A stretch of 64,000 nt of DNA from Lama guanicoe (lineage: Eukaryota): NCBI GenBank assembly GCA_013239625.1, contig MU054323.1:17922029-17986028 (forward strand), in the 5' to 3' direction. The number at the start of each line of letters is the position of its first letter. Positions within the stretch are counted from its first letter, which is position 1. The notes below the pieces were generated by a model, which was not told the DNA's origin, did not search any database, and saw only the letters and a list, made by a program, of their open reading frames with translations. Positions 1 through 15,127 of this stretch are shown piece after piece. The translations under genes were made by a program, and so were the position numbers.

Positions 1-215
1 TAAAGTCTGTATCCTTTGTCATATGTGGGCCCTGAAGTTTCTGCTTGGCTATCTTAGTGGGAAGCGAATGATTGGTCACAGGTGTCCTTAACTGCCTGGA
101 ACCAATAAGTTCCCAGTCTTTGCCGACAAGCTCTGTACGTGTGTTGGGGGCATGTGTTCAACCCTGCTTTAGCCTTCACTTCCTGCTTACATGGAGCCTC
201 AAGGTTAGCCGAGGA
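1..215 (-). mobile_element. Old L1 (L1MC/MD-like) fragment
   Basis: gccttcacttcctgcttacatggagcctcaaggttagcc resembles an old L1M 5'-region consensus; recognised from memory only. Confidence 0.45.
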
Positions 216-514
216 AGAGTATCAAGTGGAATGATAGTTTGGAAAAATACAAATGTAAGCTGTTCAGACATTTGCAGTCTGTTATCTGTTGTTATTCTCA
301 TACCAGATCATTTGCTCTTTGTAAGCACAGGTATTTTCTGACTTTTAAACACATAACTTATATGTCAACACTGACTTATATGCCTTAGACCTCACAACCA
401 CTGCCACGGACCCAAGTTGAAGAAACAGAAAAATAAAAGAGCTTTGAGCTTTTAGAGAATCTGTGGTTTCATAAGAAAAAAAAAGAGCTTCCACAAGCAG
501 AGTTAGTCCTGGGT

Positions 515-676
515 AGTGTTTATAAAGCTGCCTGCATCTTAACTTGGGATATTCTTTAAATTTCAGGTTCGTGCCTCCATTCTGAAACTTTTGATTGAGA
601 ATATCTTGGGTGGGGTCCAGGAGGCTACATGTTTAGCTCCCCAGGTGATTCTTATGCACACTGATGACTGAGACAG
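515..676. mobile_element. MER5-like hAT-Charlie element
   Basis: gggtggggtccagga...gctccccaggtgattcttatgcacac. Confidence 0.65.
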
Positions 677-1688
677 TTCAGGGGAGATGATCCTGTAGAT
701 GCCTTCACATAAGGGACTAACTGGCTCATGATGTAAACGGTGCTCAAATATTAATCTCCCCCTTTCAATGCCTGATTTTTAAAAAATTTCACTGTATCAT
801 TACATTTCCTTGAATTCCACCAATTAGAGATTTATTTGCATCATGAGGATATTTTTTAACAGCTGCTGGAGTTAAAGGATTAACTTTAACTCACCGCTCT
901 TTAAAAATTAATCAGATTGCATTTATACAAACTGACCAAGATGACTTACAATGAAAGAAGGATATTTTGTTTTGTTTTAATTTGAAGGGAGGATAGATAC
1001 TTTCAGGGGATTCAGAAGACTTTAGGGGGAAAATAAGCCTGTGTTAATTTATGCAATAAAAGCATGGGTTGGGAGGGAGGGTAGGAGAAGATACCAGAGA
1101 AAACAGTGGGTACACTTGCCCGTTTCAAATTATTGTGCATACAACCAGAAAAGGGAGGGGAAAATTTCTTTCTCCTTTCTGCTTTCAATATTTCCCTTTC
1201 TCTTATGACCTAGAATTCAGGGCAGTAAACTTTGTATTAAGGAATTACATCGGCTGCTCTAGGGTTAGTTAGGCTCTCGTGGGTTCTCCGCAGATCTCAT
1301 CACCACTTCATCCACCGTGTGGAAGATTGTCTTTTTTGGAAAAACGTCTCCTGGTTTCCAAATAACACACTTCCTAATGAGCTTTTTGATTCAGTCCACT
1401 CGAGAGTTTGATGTTGGATCCAGTTCAGATGTACGAAATTTATCTGTGTTAACTTAAAATTCTAAGCTAATCTCTTCCAACCATCTGTATACTTTTAGGC
1501 CATTTTCTCCTTGAGGAGTTTTGTGTTTAGTTAATACAAGTTCAATGTTGAAGAAACAATTAGGGGAGTTTAGATCTTGATCCCATTTAATACATTCAAA
1601 AATGAAGCGTAATTTTAAAAAATCATTGCATGTTTTGGGCATCTACTGCTCTGATTTGCCTCTATTCATGTGAGAAATAGAGAGATGA

Positions 1689-1946
<258 letters not shown>

Positions 1947-4648
1947 TGAACAAAAAGTGTTCCCACCCGCCCTCTCAGGGTTGGACTGAAAGATGCTGTG
2001 CTGACCATACGTGGGCCTCCGGGGACCCCATCCGACCTGGTCAGAGACTCACAGAGTCATTTCACTGAGCTGTGGTCACCACTTGTTTACAGATCAAACG
2101 TGGGAAAATCAGGCGTGGGGCTTTGTGAGACAGGGCAGCGAGCGTGTCTGTCCCGGTGGCATCGGTAGGTACACAGGCCACCTCTGGAGCCTTTTCTCTA
2201 GCAAGCCACGTGCTGCAAGGATGTGACTTGGCACTTGTCTTAGTGAACTATGGAGATTAGACCTCAGGTGCTCTTATTTTGGTTTTGTTTATCCAAGATT
2301 CATTTTAGTGACTGTGTCTATCTCAGACCTCGGTATTTCTGCTAAGATACCTTTATGAGTGTATGTTGTAATTTTCTCAGAGGGTGTCTGTTACTTCCAT
2401 GTCCCAATGGCAGGAACTATCTTTTTCACTGTCAGGAAGATGTGAAACTCTAGAAAGGAACATGAAAGGTGACACCCAAGAGGGTGGATATTTACCTGAA
2501 AACGGTTGATTCATATGCCACCTAGAGATAGATAATTCAAGAGAGAAGAAAAAAAACCAGGCTTAATTCTTTTTAGTGTTTACCCTAATCAGAGGTGGAC
2601 ATTGTCATCTTCTAGTGAAATAAGCAGCAAGGATGTCAGCAATCTTGTTTGGTGACCAAAGTCACTATGCGAAACCAAGCAGAGAATCATTTTGTAAGTA
2701 AATCTCTCTGCAGATCAAAGGGCTCTATTTTGAATCTCAAACACGTAAATGGGAGCTCTTAAGATACTGCCACAGCAGTGGTGTAATTTTAAAAATATTA
2801 TTTCTAATTTAGGACGTGGAAAGTCATTGGCTAAAATGTGGCTTATTTCTTAAGAGTATAACTTCGTGAACATTCTTTCTTGCTGGCTGATCTTAACGAT
2901 CATTTCTTGGCAGATCTTAGAACCTCATCTCAGTGCTCTTATGTCTTAATTTTTTATGAGCATGTTTGGCATTCTTTGCTTTAATCATCGGTCCAAAAGC
3001 CACATAATCACTGGTTTTAGTCAGGTGAGAGAAGATCATCACAGGGTCCTGAAAAAGAGCTGTATCTCTTTAAGAGTTTGTACCCTGTTCCTGCCCAGCA
3101 AGACAGCACTGAGCATTCTCTTAATCCTCTTTGAGGTTCTCAGGGAGAGATGCTTCTTACAGTTTCATACATGGCTCTTTCCAAGAAAGTTACACGTGGT
3201 GATCTGTACTGTGTTTACCAGACGAGCTTAACATGTCTGGTACTAATGCAAATCCCATGTGGGTTATGTCTGAACCTTTTGCTTTTTAATGGCCATAGAA
3301 AATAAAACTTGAACCATAGGGAATTTAGGAGGTTGTGAGATAATGGTGGTGAACTTACATCGTATTAGATGTCTCAAAACAACTTACACCTTTACATTAA
3401 ACAGCCCCTTTAAATGATCCGTGCCTGTGACTCCTAGCTCTGCAGTGTCTACACGTCCTCTTCTAGGTTGCGATGCCCTGCTTTAGTTTAGATGCTCTGA
3501 GCTGGAGATGAGAACTCCCTTTAAAAGAAAGGGATGGTCCACGTGTGACAAGGGCAGGACTGGAAGCTACCGTCATCCACCCTCTCTATCCATCACCTCT
3601 GAGTCACCCGGGAGCCACAGGAACATACAGTGAGGTGGCGGCACCCTCGCAGGGTAGCCCACACTCACACACTTGGGTTGTGCCTCTGGTCCAGGCTCTG
3701 TGTGTGCCCAGATGTCCACGATCCACCTTGCCCAGACCTGTTGACTGGCCTCAGGGGCAGACTTACGTTTAGGATCTGTTGCTTTCAGGAGGGTCATAGA
3801 AATTTAGCTCACAATTTTAAAAATTAGCTTTGTTCCCGAAAAAGGGAAATCGAAAAAATAAAATGGCAGGAGGGTGCGCAGTCAGAGGAGAGGTGTACCC
3901 AGGAATAGGTAGGCAGTCCAGCTCTTGGTGTGGCCTTGAAGATGAGGGCCGGGGGCTGGGTTCCTGGCCCAGTGATCACAGTTGTGTTTTTGTGATAAAC
4001 CAGATTTGACGGTTGGGTACACAGTGGGGCTTGGCCCGTGGGAACAGTCCTTCCTTAGCCTGGGTACTTGGGTGCTTGGGTTGTAGGGCCTGTGTTTAAG
4101 GAGAGACGGTATTTATGAGAGCTGTCTTATGTGTACATCTTGGGCCCTATTTCTGTTACAATTGCCTTCACTTTCTCATGTCTCTTTTGAAAACAGGCAG
4201 GAGTCAATAGAACTGAAAAATAAAATAATTGGCATCCTAGGTGTGCAGGTAAAACCGTATTTCACTGTAGCTCACTTTTGAGGCTCTTCCCCCCAAATCA
4301 GATTAATTACAGCCACAACAGTGGTGGTAACCTACATTTCTGTTGCTCTTTTAAGGATGATGAAGATATTTGGCAAACCTTCCTCACTCTCAGTTTGCTG
4401 AGTGACTTGCTCTCTGTTACCCAGGTTCACCCTGGTGTGGCCTTCCAGTCTGTTTCCTGCTGGGTGTGGACTTGTCCATGGACTCAGAGAGGGCAGAAGT
4501 TGACCCCTCAATTTGTTAACACCCCATCTTTTCCTGTGTGAAATACCTGGGAAGAGAATTTCCTAAATCACCCTGGCCCCAGAGACCCTGCGTCTGTTCA
4601 CGTAACTTGCTAATTTTCACCATGTCTACAGGGCGCTTCGTTCTCTAA

Positions 4649-4906
<258 letters not shown>

Positions 4907-6754
4907 TAGCTTCACTTTGTTCTCTCTCCGTTCATTTACTTTTCGCTTGTGAGAAAAGCGACCAGAGGGTCGTTTGGCTTTGGTAGGTAACGCAGACTTT
5001 AAAGAAAACAACAGTGTTAAAAATGCAGCCTTGATTTTCCCCTTGTGGCCCGTTACAAGGTTAGATGGAAGTATCTTGGGTTTACTCTCCCTATGAGCCA
5101 GCTCTGATTTTTCTGTCCCATGCTGTGCCCCCAGCCTTGGCCTGGACTCTGGGCCAACACGGGCCACTGGAGGAGAGAGAGGGGGCTAGCTCTCCTCCTG
5201 CTCCTTCGCGGAACGTCAGTGTGTTAGTGATTAGTGAGTGCTCAGATGACAGTTTCACAAAGCATTCTCAGTAGCAGAAGTCAGATTACTCTGGCGGGGT
5301 GGCCATTTGGAGTAAGCTTATTTCTGCTCCCCTGCGGTTCTGTTACTCAGGTGACCACGACTGGGTTTTCTAGCCCTTCTCACTGTCTTGGTCACTCCCT
5401 CAGGCCCACGTTGATGGGAGGTGGCCGCACCCCTCGGGCTGGCACCATTTTCTCTGTCCTTCAGGGCTGACAGGGAGGAGGCACCTTGCCTTCCGGTTGG
5501 TCACCCCATCTGCCTCAGTAACGCACTTCCGGGACAGGGGCCCTTCCTTCTCATCCTGTCCACTCCTGTCATGCCCATGAGATGGCATTGTCATGGGCAA
5601 CAGGCTGGAGTTAGGCTGGTCATTGTAAGCATCCCCACAGAGCATTCAGAAGTCACATGAAATGCTGCTGCAGAGTACCAGCTAAAGTTCTCCAGATTTG
5701 GGTGAATACACAGAGGCTGGAGGACTGCAGCACAGGGAGGCTAACATTCTGGTTAGGTTTGGAGGAGGATTTGTACCCTCAAGACCAACCATTGGGTGGG
5801 TGCCCGCATACAGGATTCATTTAAGATCCAAATTATAGAAGGAGCAGGCGAGGCTGGCAGAGAATCAGAGAGGCCTGTGCCGCCCAGGGGATTTCTTTAA
5901 GCTTAATGGTCATGAGCAATCCCCCCCACCCCGCCTTCTTCCCTCCCTTTATTAGTGGAGCGCCCGTTTTCCTGACTCTTGTCCTCCCATCCATCAAAGA
6001 AGTGCAGATTCACTGGAAAGACCGCACGCCGCACTCTCCCATCAGGAATATGAACGTTGCTGAGGGCCAGACAAGAGGAAATCCTCAGTAGGAGTCGTTT
6101 TTAAAGACACTTTTAATATGGGTAATGCATGAATAATTTAGGATGCTCTTAGATAGAAAACAATTGTTGGCATTGAAATAAATCACAGGACCATAAAAGC
6201 CAGGCTTAGTGAGTGTTCCTTGGAAGGAGGAGGGGCTGGTTTGGTTTTAAATAAAAGGAGGAGGGGGGAGTTCAGTCTTGGGTGGGCTCAGGGGAGACCC
6301 AGGTGCTGAGTTCCTCCAGCGTGTCCCACCTTCCCCTGCTCAGCTCATTCTTGATCCATCTGCGGACTGTGAGGGAGAGAGGGAGAGAGGAAGAGACTAG
6401 CTAGTCCGGGCCGGACTAGCTCATGGCTCAGCAGGATTTATCATCAAAAGTCCCCGTGCAATTTAGGTAAACAAAAGCGAAACAAGCAGAGCAATAGCCA
6501 TAGTAGCAAAAACCACAGCCACCCCTGAAGCACCCCAAACTTATAAACCTGAAGTTTGATAACCAGTCCAGAAGGACCAATGGACACAACATTGTTTTTT
6601 TTGTTGTTTTTTTTTTTTTGCTTTTGATTGCCCAAACATTTTTTTTGGAATAAAGGGGAAATCCATTTCTAGATCCCACCACCTGAAAAATTAGGTTGTT
6701 AAAATTTTTTCCTTATTCTGGACCAAATCTTACCCAAATGTTTTGTCTCATAAA

Positions 6755-6776
6755 ACACACACACACACACACACAC
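6755..6776. repeat. (AC)11 microsatellite
   Basis: Read directly from the sequence. Confidence 0.95.
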
Positions 6777-6808
6777 AAACAAAACAAAATTAGCCAACAA
6801 AAGAAATG

Positions 6809-6970
6809 AAATCAACAAGGAGCTACTATATAGCACAGGGAACTGTATTCAGTATCTTGTAGTAACTTATAATGGAAAAGAATCTGAAAAAGAATATATG
6901 TATGTAACTGAATTATTTTGCTGTACACCTGAAACATTGTAAATCAACTGTAGTTCAATTTAAAAAAAAA
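6809..6970 (+). mobile_element. LINE-1 3' end fragment (artiodactyl type)
   Basis: caacaagg...tatagcacagggaactgtattcagtatcttgtagtaac...gctgtacacctgaaac...tcaatttaaaaaaaaa. Confidence 0.85.
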
Positions 6971-8236
6971 GAAAAGGAAAAAATGTTTGCAGCCATCATC
7001 ACATGGAAAGTATGTCGTTTTCTGGGCTTCCATTTAGCATCGTAACCACAAGCATTCCCCATGTCCCTGTGTTGTTCTGTGTTTGGTTTTTAATAGCTTT
7101 TAGTCGCTGCGTGTTCTTCCATGGAGTGGATTTGCTGTGTTGTGGCCCCTTCCTGTGGGATTTAGGGAGGTTTGTTTCATTTCTGCTACTACAAATAACC
7201 CCTTTCCTTTCCCCTTCCCTTTGTAAACACTGAGATAACCATGTTAATCCACGGACTGAGATAAATTAGCAGTAGGACCTTCCTGTGTAGCAGCGGGAGG
7301 TGAGAGCAAATCAGGGTTAAAAGAATGTATTTAAATTAAGCACAAGTGTCTTCATCAGCCCTCGTCGGCGTCACTCCCACAGATTTCTGAGGCTAAACTT
7401 AGCCTCTTCTAATGCGCCGGCATCTTCATTCTCTACCTGAATTTATTAGCCAGACCTTCAATGAAGATCATCAGTGATGTGACAGTTTGAGATGTTCAGT
7501 GGAAAACACTCTCTCCTTCTGCCTTACTGCGCACAGACAGCCCTTGGTTACCCTCCCGCGGAGCAGTCAGTTCTCAGTCCTAGTCCCTGAGGCCTCTCAG
7601 GAGTCTTTCAGCCAGAGGACATCCCTCAAGGGCCCCAGATGTAGCCCTTTGACTTCGTGTCCTGTGAGGTTACACCCCCAGCATCACAGAGGCTTCCACA
7701 GAGGACTGAGGGAATAAGACTCATCACCTAGCGGGAAGGGGCTGCCCATTTCCAGGCTACACTGCTTTCAGGCCCTGCGAGTGCGTATGTCCATCAACTT
7801 TAAGTGATGCCTTCTATGAGATTGCCATGGTGATCATGATGGCTTATTATAGGTTATAAACATAAATATGTTAAAGGGTTCATTTATTCAATGCAAACAT
7901 TTTTAAATCCAATTTTTATGTCTCCCTTGTAGGGTTTAAATTATCTTTCAATATACTAAGAGTCTCAAAAATTGGAAAAAGCTTGGTCCTCCCTTTTTGG
8001 GGACTGCCATCCCTCTTCACAGGCTGTGCCCTGAGTGACCACGGCTGATGGGGCAGGGCCTTCGGGGCAGCAGAGAAGGAGACCAGCCCAGGCTGTCCCA
8101 GCAAAGCTCAGGGAAGGGGAACACCCATGTTAGGCAATCCTTTGTTTTACTTCAATATATTATATTAAAAAAAAAAAGACTCCTTTGTAGATGTATTAAA
8201 TTATCTAAGTTATCCATAGATTATGACCTAAAACTA

Positions 8237-8537
8237 CAGGTCCTTAAAGACGTAGCTGACACCCTTGAGGCCAGGTGCGTCTTGGAATTTATTTTAGAAA
8301 GGTAATATAGCGTATACAGTCCATGTTATCTAACACCCCGAACAGGGTCTGAAATCAAATACATTAACATTTCTGTAGCAAAACATATGAATATTCACAC
8401 TGAGTGAGATCAATAAGGACTATAAATAGCCTCATGTCACGTCAGGTCAGGATTTGCCACTCAGCGAGTTGGCTGCAATCTTTCAGAAGAAGAGCAGATG
8501 TTTTTTGAATTTAAGAATTGCAGAGTGTGGATTTTTG
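8237..8537 (+). mobile_element. MER46C-like Tigger/mariner non-autonomous DNA transposon
   Basis: TA|CAGGTCC start; ttttagaaaggtaata...aatcaaatacattaacatttctgtagc...gactataaatagcctca...caggtcagg; ends before TA. Confidence 0.8.
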
Positions 8538-9832
8538 TATTCGATTTTTTTTTAAGGTTTGTCTATCTCATTAGTCCTGCCCAGTCATTTAGTGAAGGCA
8601 ACTTAGGAATAGCTTTTTGAGAAATCTGTGTGAAAAGTAGCATGAGGCATTTTTTTCCTGGAATTGCAAAGAGACCAGAATGATGAGCAGACCGTCTTTT
8701 GAAGGAGTGGGAAAAAAAATCAATGTTTATGCCTTTGGGCATTACAGCTACGTTATTTATCAAGCAGGCTAACCAGGGTGAAGCCACTTCCACCCCTTTC
8801 TGCCTTTCAAGCATATCAAAGGAGGGCGGTCAGAAGACTGGGCCAAGTTACCCTAATTATATCGTATCAGCTGGCCATGGGCACCGTGAAGATTTTAGGG
8901 AAGGAAATTAGGTTGATGATCTGGGAGGGCAGCATACATTTACTTCTGTCCTGATTCGAAAATATCCCTTCCGGTCCCGTAATTCTCTGATATCACGGTA
9001 TCTTCTAATTAAGAATATTGGCAGAAAACCTTTTAATATTTTATAAGAAAAGTAGCTGCATACAGAGCTCTGTAGAACCAGTAATTATTCACCCTTTTGA
9101 AGATGCTACCCGCAATAGCCAGGACTGAGTCTGGGACTTAGGAAACCCTTTCCCCTGGTGCCAGCACGCTGGCTGAAGAGTATCAGGGGTAGCAGCCCTA
9201 GGGAGCTCCTGCTGGTCAGGGGAGAAGCAAAGGGGCAGGCAACGCCTAAGAGGAGAAGGGAGGATTTTCAGGAAGGACTATTAATTTGACTTTGAACTTT
9301 TGGAATGCAAGGCTAGTGCCTTATGTTGTCATGCCCTCACCCCATATTTTGTAAGATTGCTACTGACAAAAATGCAACTTCATCTGAGAGAATTTGCTTT
9401 CCAGGTAAATCCTACAGGAAGCAATACGGGATGCACTGGTTCTTGGCTGTGTAGAACTCACCATATCGCAGAACTCAGTTTTGTTCAGTAGTTTTGCTGC
9501 CTCCATGTCCTCGGCACTATTAGACTCTGGGTGGGACTTACAGGAAGTCCGGGAGGTCTCCACTGCTTTTCGCTGAGATGCACACTGCACAGTTGAGTGG
9601 AAAGAACACTTGGGGTTCCTGATCACATCAACGTCAAACCAATGATGGCTGTGACCAACAAGAGCTTACTAAACTCAGCTACCTCTAAGATGGTCACAAT
9701 TGGGTCTGGGACATAGTAGATGCTTGATAAATAACTCTTGAATAACTGATTAACATTAAAATAGTAAAATCTTGCTTAGGCCTATAAACGGAATAGAAAT
9801 ATACTTCATACACTGACTCCTCCTCCCCATGA

Positions 9833-10224
9833 TGCTATCAGCTGAATCGTGCCCCACTCCGCATTCATGTGATGAAATTCTAACCCCTAGTACCTCGGGA
9901 TATGACTGTATTTGGAGATAAGGCCTTTAAAGAGGTGATTAAGTCTAAATGAGGCCCTTAGGGTGGACTTATCCAGCATGACTGGTGTCCTTATAAGAAG
10001 AGGAATTTCAGACGCAGGTGGTTACAGAGGGAAGGCCGTGTGAAGGCACAGGGAGAGGACCACCACCGTCTGTAAGCCAAGGAGAAAGGCCTTGGAGGAA
10101 ACCAGCCCCGCCAGGACCTGGGTCTCAGCTTTCCAGCCTCCAGAACTGTGAGACAGTGAACTTCTGTTGTCTCTACCACCCAGTCTGGGCTGCTTTGTTA
10201 CGGCTGCCAGAGCAAACTAATAGA
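9833..10224 (+). mobile_element. MaLR solo LTR (MLT1A/B-like)
   Basis: tgactgtatttggagataaggcctttaaagaggtgattaag...ccagcctccagaactgtgagac...aactaataga; perfect 5-bp TSD CATGA at 9828-9832 and 10225-10229. Confidence 0.92.
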
Positions 10225-11430
10225 CATGAGGACTGTGCACATGGAACCAAAATAGAGCTCCACAGTGTCAGAGCTGCCCTGAGACTGCTCACCCAGCTGC
10301 AGCTAAGATGTTTTCATCCTTTAAAAAACACTTTTTCTTAGTGCCTTCAAAGTTAGAAGGGTTTTTCTTTCCCCTCTTTAAGGTATCTTGAATGGGTTAG
10401 GTCTGTGTTACAAAAGCTTGTTGCATATGTTGGAAATGGTGCTTTGTCTCCTCTTTTTACGTTTCTTTGTAATAATTAGAAACAGTCCTGCCCATCCCAC
10501 AAATAAGAGGGGTCACACCTATGTCGGCAGACCTCCTTACGATGTGAGGGTCTGGAGAGGGGGAACTCTTAGATATGCTCTTTTGTTCATCTTTGCTTTC
10601 CTATCCCCCAGAGCCACTTCAAGAGTATCTTGCAGGGAGAAAACATGTCACTGAAGACCAGCCTCTGGAGGCTTTTGTGGGAAGGGGGCGGGGCAGACAG
10701 AGGGCATATTTCCAGCTCATAGTACCTCCTCCACCACCTCCTCCCTCTCCTGAGAGAGTAAAGGCAGCAGGAAATAAAGCAGGTTTTCATCAAGATTTGA
10801 CAATGCCTTATTCCAAAAAGAACTTAAGCCACACAGAGCTGTATATATTATTTCAAGATAAAATAAATACAAATAAGTAATATAAATAAGACAAAGGAGC
10901 AATCAGGTTTGCAAGGCAAGATGGAGCCAAAGGTGAGATTAGTAGCCAAAAAGCATGCCATGAAGTCCCCTGTTTGTGTCCCTGGTGGGCCACTAATGTA
11001 GCTTTAGGGGAGTTTCAGCTCTCTGGCATCTCGGTCAAAGAAAGACATTTTGTTAGTGACGTCATTCACAGTGTCCGTGACATCAGCACAAACCAAGTGC
11101 TCTGGGAAAGCACAGCTACTCAGGACACTGAGGGCAGAGAAGGTCATCCTGAGGTTAAATTCTCAGGTTAAGTTTTTTCTTAATCTTTTTCTATTTAGTA
11201 TGAACTGGGATTGTTATGTTAACATTCATTTCACCAAAAGCAGTTTTATGGAGTGGGCAGGGGAGAGGTGCTAAAAGAATAAATGTTGAGGATAAAATCA
11301 AAAGGAGTTTGTGCAGAAAGAAAAATCCATGACATTCAATTTTGCTATTAGCTCCATAATATTGAGTACTAGATTCACTCCTATTTTGGGAAATGTTCTT
11401 GCTCTATTCTTGCCATATTTTGGGTAACAG

Positions 11431-11590
11431 AGTCACAGAAATTTGACACTGCAAGGGACTTCAGGAACCAAGTCCCCCGTTTTTTTCCCTAGATGAGGTT
11501 CAGAGAGGTTGGGTAACTTCAAGGTCACACAGTGATTAGTAATAGATCTGGGGACCAGAATATGTATTCCCTGCATCCCAGCCCAATGCA
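11431..11590 (-). mobile_element. MIR SINE
   Basis: agatgaggttcagagaggttgggtaacttcaaggtcacacag core. Confidence 0.65.
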
Positions 11591-12701
11591 TTTGGACATC
11601 AAAGGATGCTTAAAAGTCTTAGTTTGAACTCAAAATTTCAGAGGTCATTAAAACCTCGTTATTTGTAAAAAGCCTTGCTTTTAGGTATTCAGCCGTGTGC
11701 AGGCAGTTAAATGTAGAATAGAGTTGTTTTTCCTGTGAACAAGTCATTGTTCCGATATTCTTTTACCTGTTAATGCTCCAGAGATCAGTTTTTTCTAACT
11801 GGCTTGTTGTTCTGTTACCAGCACTCATTAGAAGGACCTCATTTATATATAAATGCTGTCTGTGTTTTGGTGCCAGTGAAAATATTCATGTAGATGTAAG
11901 AACGTTTGCTCTTCACAAAATTTGAAAAAAGCACAGGAGTATTCCTTTTTTGACTGGACCATTCCTTTATGAAATAATTCTTTCCATCATGATCTTTCTT
12001 TGGAGAACTCAAAAAATGTTATGTTTACTGTAATAATCCAAGAATAATCTAATAATAAAGCAAGAAGATAGGAGACAATGTTTTATCCTCTTTAGAAAAA
12101 CAGAATCACTTTAGAGTTTAAAATAGCATTAGGCATAGAGTTAGGAAGTATCAAATTGCCTCAGATCAAGTGTCCTTTCATTTAAAACATTTCTTTTCTA
12201 AATGCACATTTGGAAAAAGATTCAGGCAGTGTGCCCTTATATGATTTGAGTGTAGGCAGAATTCTAGCACTTAAAAAATAGCATTGAGGTCATCTTTATT
12301 TCCTCCCAGTTGCTGCCTGTTCTGAGTTTGTTTTTCTGCTAGTGTTTATGATCCCCAAAGCTCTATGAAAAAGGGGTAGGGGAGTCTGTTACTTCGAGGC
12401 CTGTCTTTTCAGTCCCCAAATCTATGTTTCTGTTTCCTATGGAGATGCTGCTTAGATCCCTAAGGTTACCAAAGCAATTTTCCAGCCAATAGATGTAACC
12501 TCCATTGTACATGAGGATAAACCAAAGTATGAAAAAGAGATGTGTAGGACTCGGGGCAGAACTGGACGTTCCAATACTTGACTGGGTGCTGGTTTTTATA
12601 TTTATCACACATCTTCAGCTCAGCAACTGCTTCATTGTGATCACATGCCCACTGAGGGTGAAATAGAAACATCTACATCCTTGAGTACTAAAAATCCTGC
12701 G

Positions 12702-13040
12702 TTTTTTGTTTTTGTTTTTTTAACTGAAGTACAGTCAGTTACAATGTGTCCATCTCTGGTGCACAGCACAGTGTCCCAGTCATGCCTATACATACATATA
12801 TTCATTTTCATTTTTTTCCATTAAAGGTTATTACAAGATATTGAACATAGTTCCTTGTGCTATACAAAAGAAACTTTTTAAAAATTATTTTTATATATAG
12901 TGGCTAACATTTGTAAATCTCAAACTCCCAAATTTATCCCCTCCCACCCCCTTTCCCTGGTAACTATAGGACTGTTTACTAAGTCTGCGAGTCTGTTTCT
13001 GTTTCGTAGATAAGTTCATAGTGTCCTTTTTTTTTTTTTT
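12702..13040 (-). mobile_element. LINE-1 3'UTR fragment (camelid/artiodactyl type)
   Basis: T-rich tail, then tgaagtacagtcagttacaatgtg...ttacaagatattgaacatagttccttgtgctatac; similar to the 3'UTR of the 23-kb L1. Confidence 0.85.
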
Positions 13041-13748
13041 CCCATTTTGGGCTTTTGAAGCATTTTTTTTAAATCAGAATGCTGATTTTAGTGTTCTGAA
13101 AGGATGATTATACATAATGTGTTGGTATAAAAAAGTAAAATTTGGGGTCTGTCCCTTTTCCTTATGCCACCCAAATTACCTACATTCTGAATGGATGAAT
13201 TATATGATCTTGAAATGTATGATGTCAGCTATTTTACATCAATTCCAACTTCCTGGCTTTAATTTATATTATTTAAAATCTTTTATTCATTTATTTAAAA
13301 AAAGATTTTTGAGGCCCTAGAATGTGCCAGGTGCTGTGCCTTAAAAAACTTGTAAAAATTCATTTCAGACATTTGTCATGGGCAACATGATAAATACTAA
13401 TGATAATGGTTATTGAAAAAGAAAGCAGACTTTGTATGATGACTGCAACTGTCTAAAACGGTGTCAACTCAGGTGTAGAACAAAGGGAAATGAAAATCAT
13501 TTGTAATAGGTTTCAGTGATTATAGAAGATTTTTTCCCCTTAAAAATAATTAAAATTTTTACCAAGTCATTTTTAAGAATAAAAAAACCACAATTCCAAT
13601 ATACATACCATTTAGTCAATAATTCTGAATAATTCAAGTTATCAGAATTTTCCCCTCTGTCTCTTTCACTCCTGCATCTCTGGAACCTCGCATTCAGCCT
13701 GGGCTGTAAAGGTTTTGCAGTGTCTGGACTGATCATCTCGTCCGTTGA

Positions 13749-14078
<330 letters not shown>

Positions 14079-14830
14079 CTGTCCTCACTCAAGTTCATAG
14101 CTTGGTGGCCAGTCTACAGTGCAGATGACTCTTAAAGGGGTCAGACCGGAGTTCGAGTCAGGACCCCAAGCACAAAACAAAACGGTCTTTTACATTCCAG
14201 CCTGTTGCCTGCCAGCCCCTTCTGGATGACTGATATCAAATCATGCAAAACCTCCATACCTTTCTAAGGACAAGACGACTGTGGATTCAAGTGTTCAAGT
14301 GCTTTAATGACTCTTTATGCTTTGACTCTGAGGCATGGGGAGCAGTGCTATGTAACATTTCTGGGTTTTAAAGAAAAAAAGGAAACTGCAGTGGAAACAT
14401 TTGTATGATTGCCGTTTATTTCAGAAAGTTTGTATATAACAATTCCCCGAGAGTCGTTTCTATTGGCAAAAGGACTCCTAACAAAGCGAGTGTAATTTTC
14501 TTGTCATCGTACCATGCCTGTTCAATTTTAACGCAGCACCTTCAGAACTTGTCCTAATGGTGTCTTGTTGTGTCAGCACCAAATACTTGTGCATTACTTG
14601 TGGATGTTCCTTGTCACAGGGAGATTCTTCTGTTGCTGCCTTATGTATTTATTTTTAATTGAAGTCTCTTCCCCGTCCTTGTACTAGAATCAAAAATCAT
14701 AAGAAAACCCAATCAACCGTGGAAGAGCGAATCTGTAACACTATGCAGTATTGTTTGAAGTCCTATCTGTCGTTCAGCCTGTCTCTTTATGTTAACTGGA
14801 TTTCTGCATTAAATGACTGCCCCCTTGTTA
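14079..14830 (+). other. TMEM178A: TMEM178A 3'UTR (end approximate)
   Basis: Non-repetitive sequence after the stop codon, up to ATTAAA at 14808-14813 and a downstream GT-rich tract (gggcgtgtttt). Confidence 0.65.
14808..14813 (+). terminator. Probable TMEM178A polyadenylation signal (ATTAAA)
   Basis: ATTAAA about 730 nt after the stop, with a GT-rich element about 25 nt downstream. Confidence 0.6.
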
Positions 14831-15127
14831 ATCTGGGCGTGTTTTCCCATCTTTCAGCCCTGGCGCTACATCTTCCTAGCCCTTAGGACAGGCGAAGACT
14901 CTAAGACTCTCATCAGGCCGTATGGACTGCTTCATTTCAGTTAGGGCGGTCACTCTTATCTTTTGTAGCAACCACACACTTGCTAATTGATAAGAGATGT
15001 CGTTTTTCAAACTTCTTTTAAAAACCTTATTGTAGTATTTTGAGTTTTCTTCTCTGTTTACCATCTGCCTGGTATTTAGCCAGTGATAGATTCCTGGTCT
15101 CTGGCCTTATCCTTGGACCTCCTAAGC

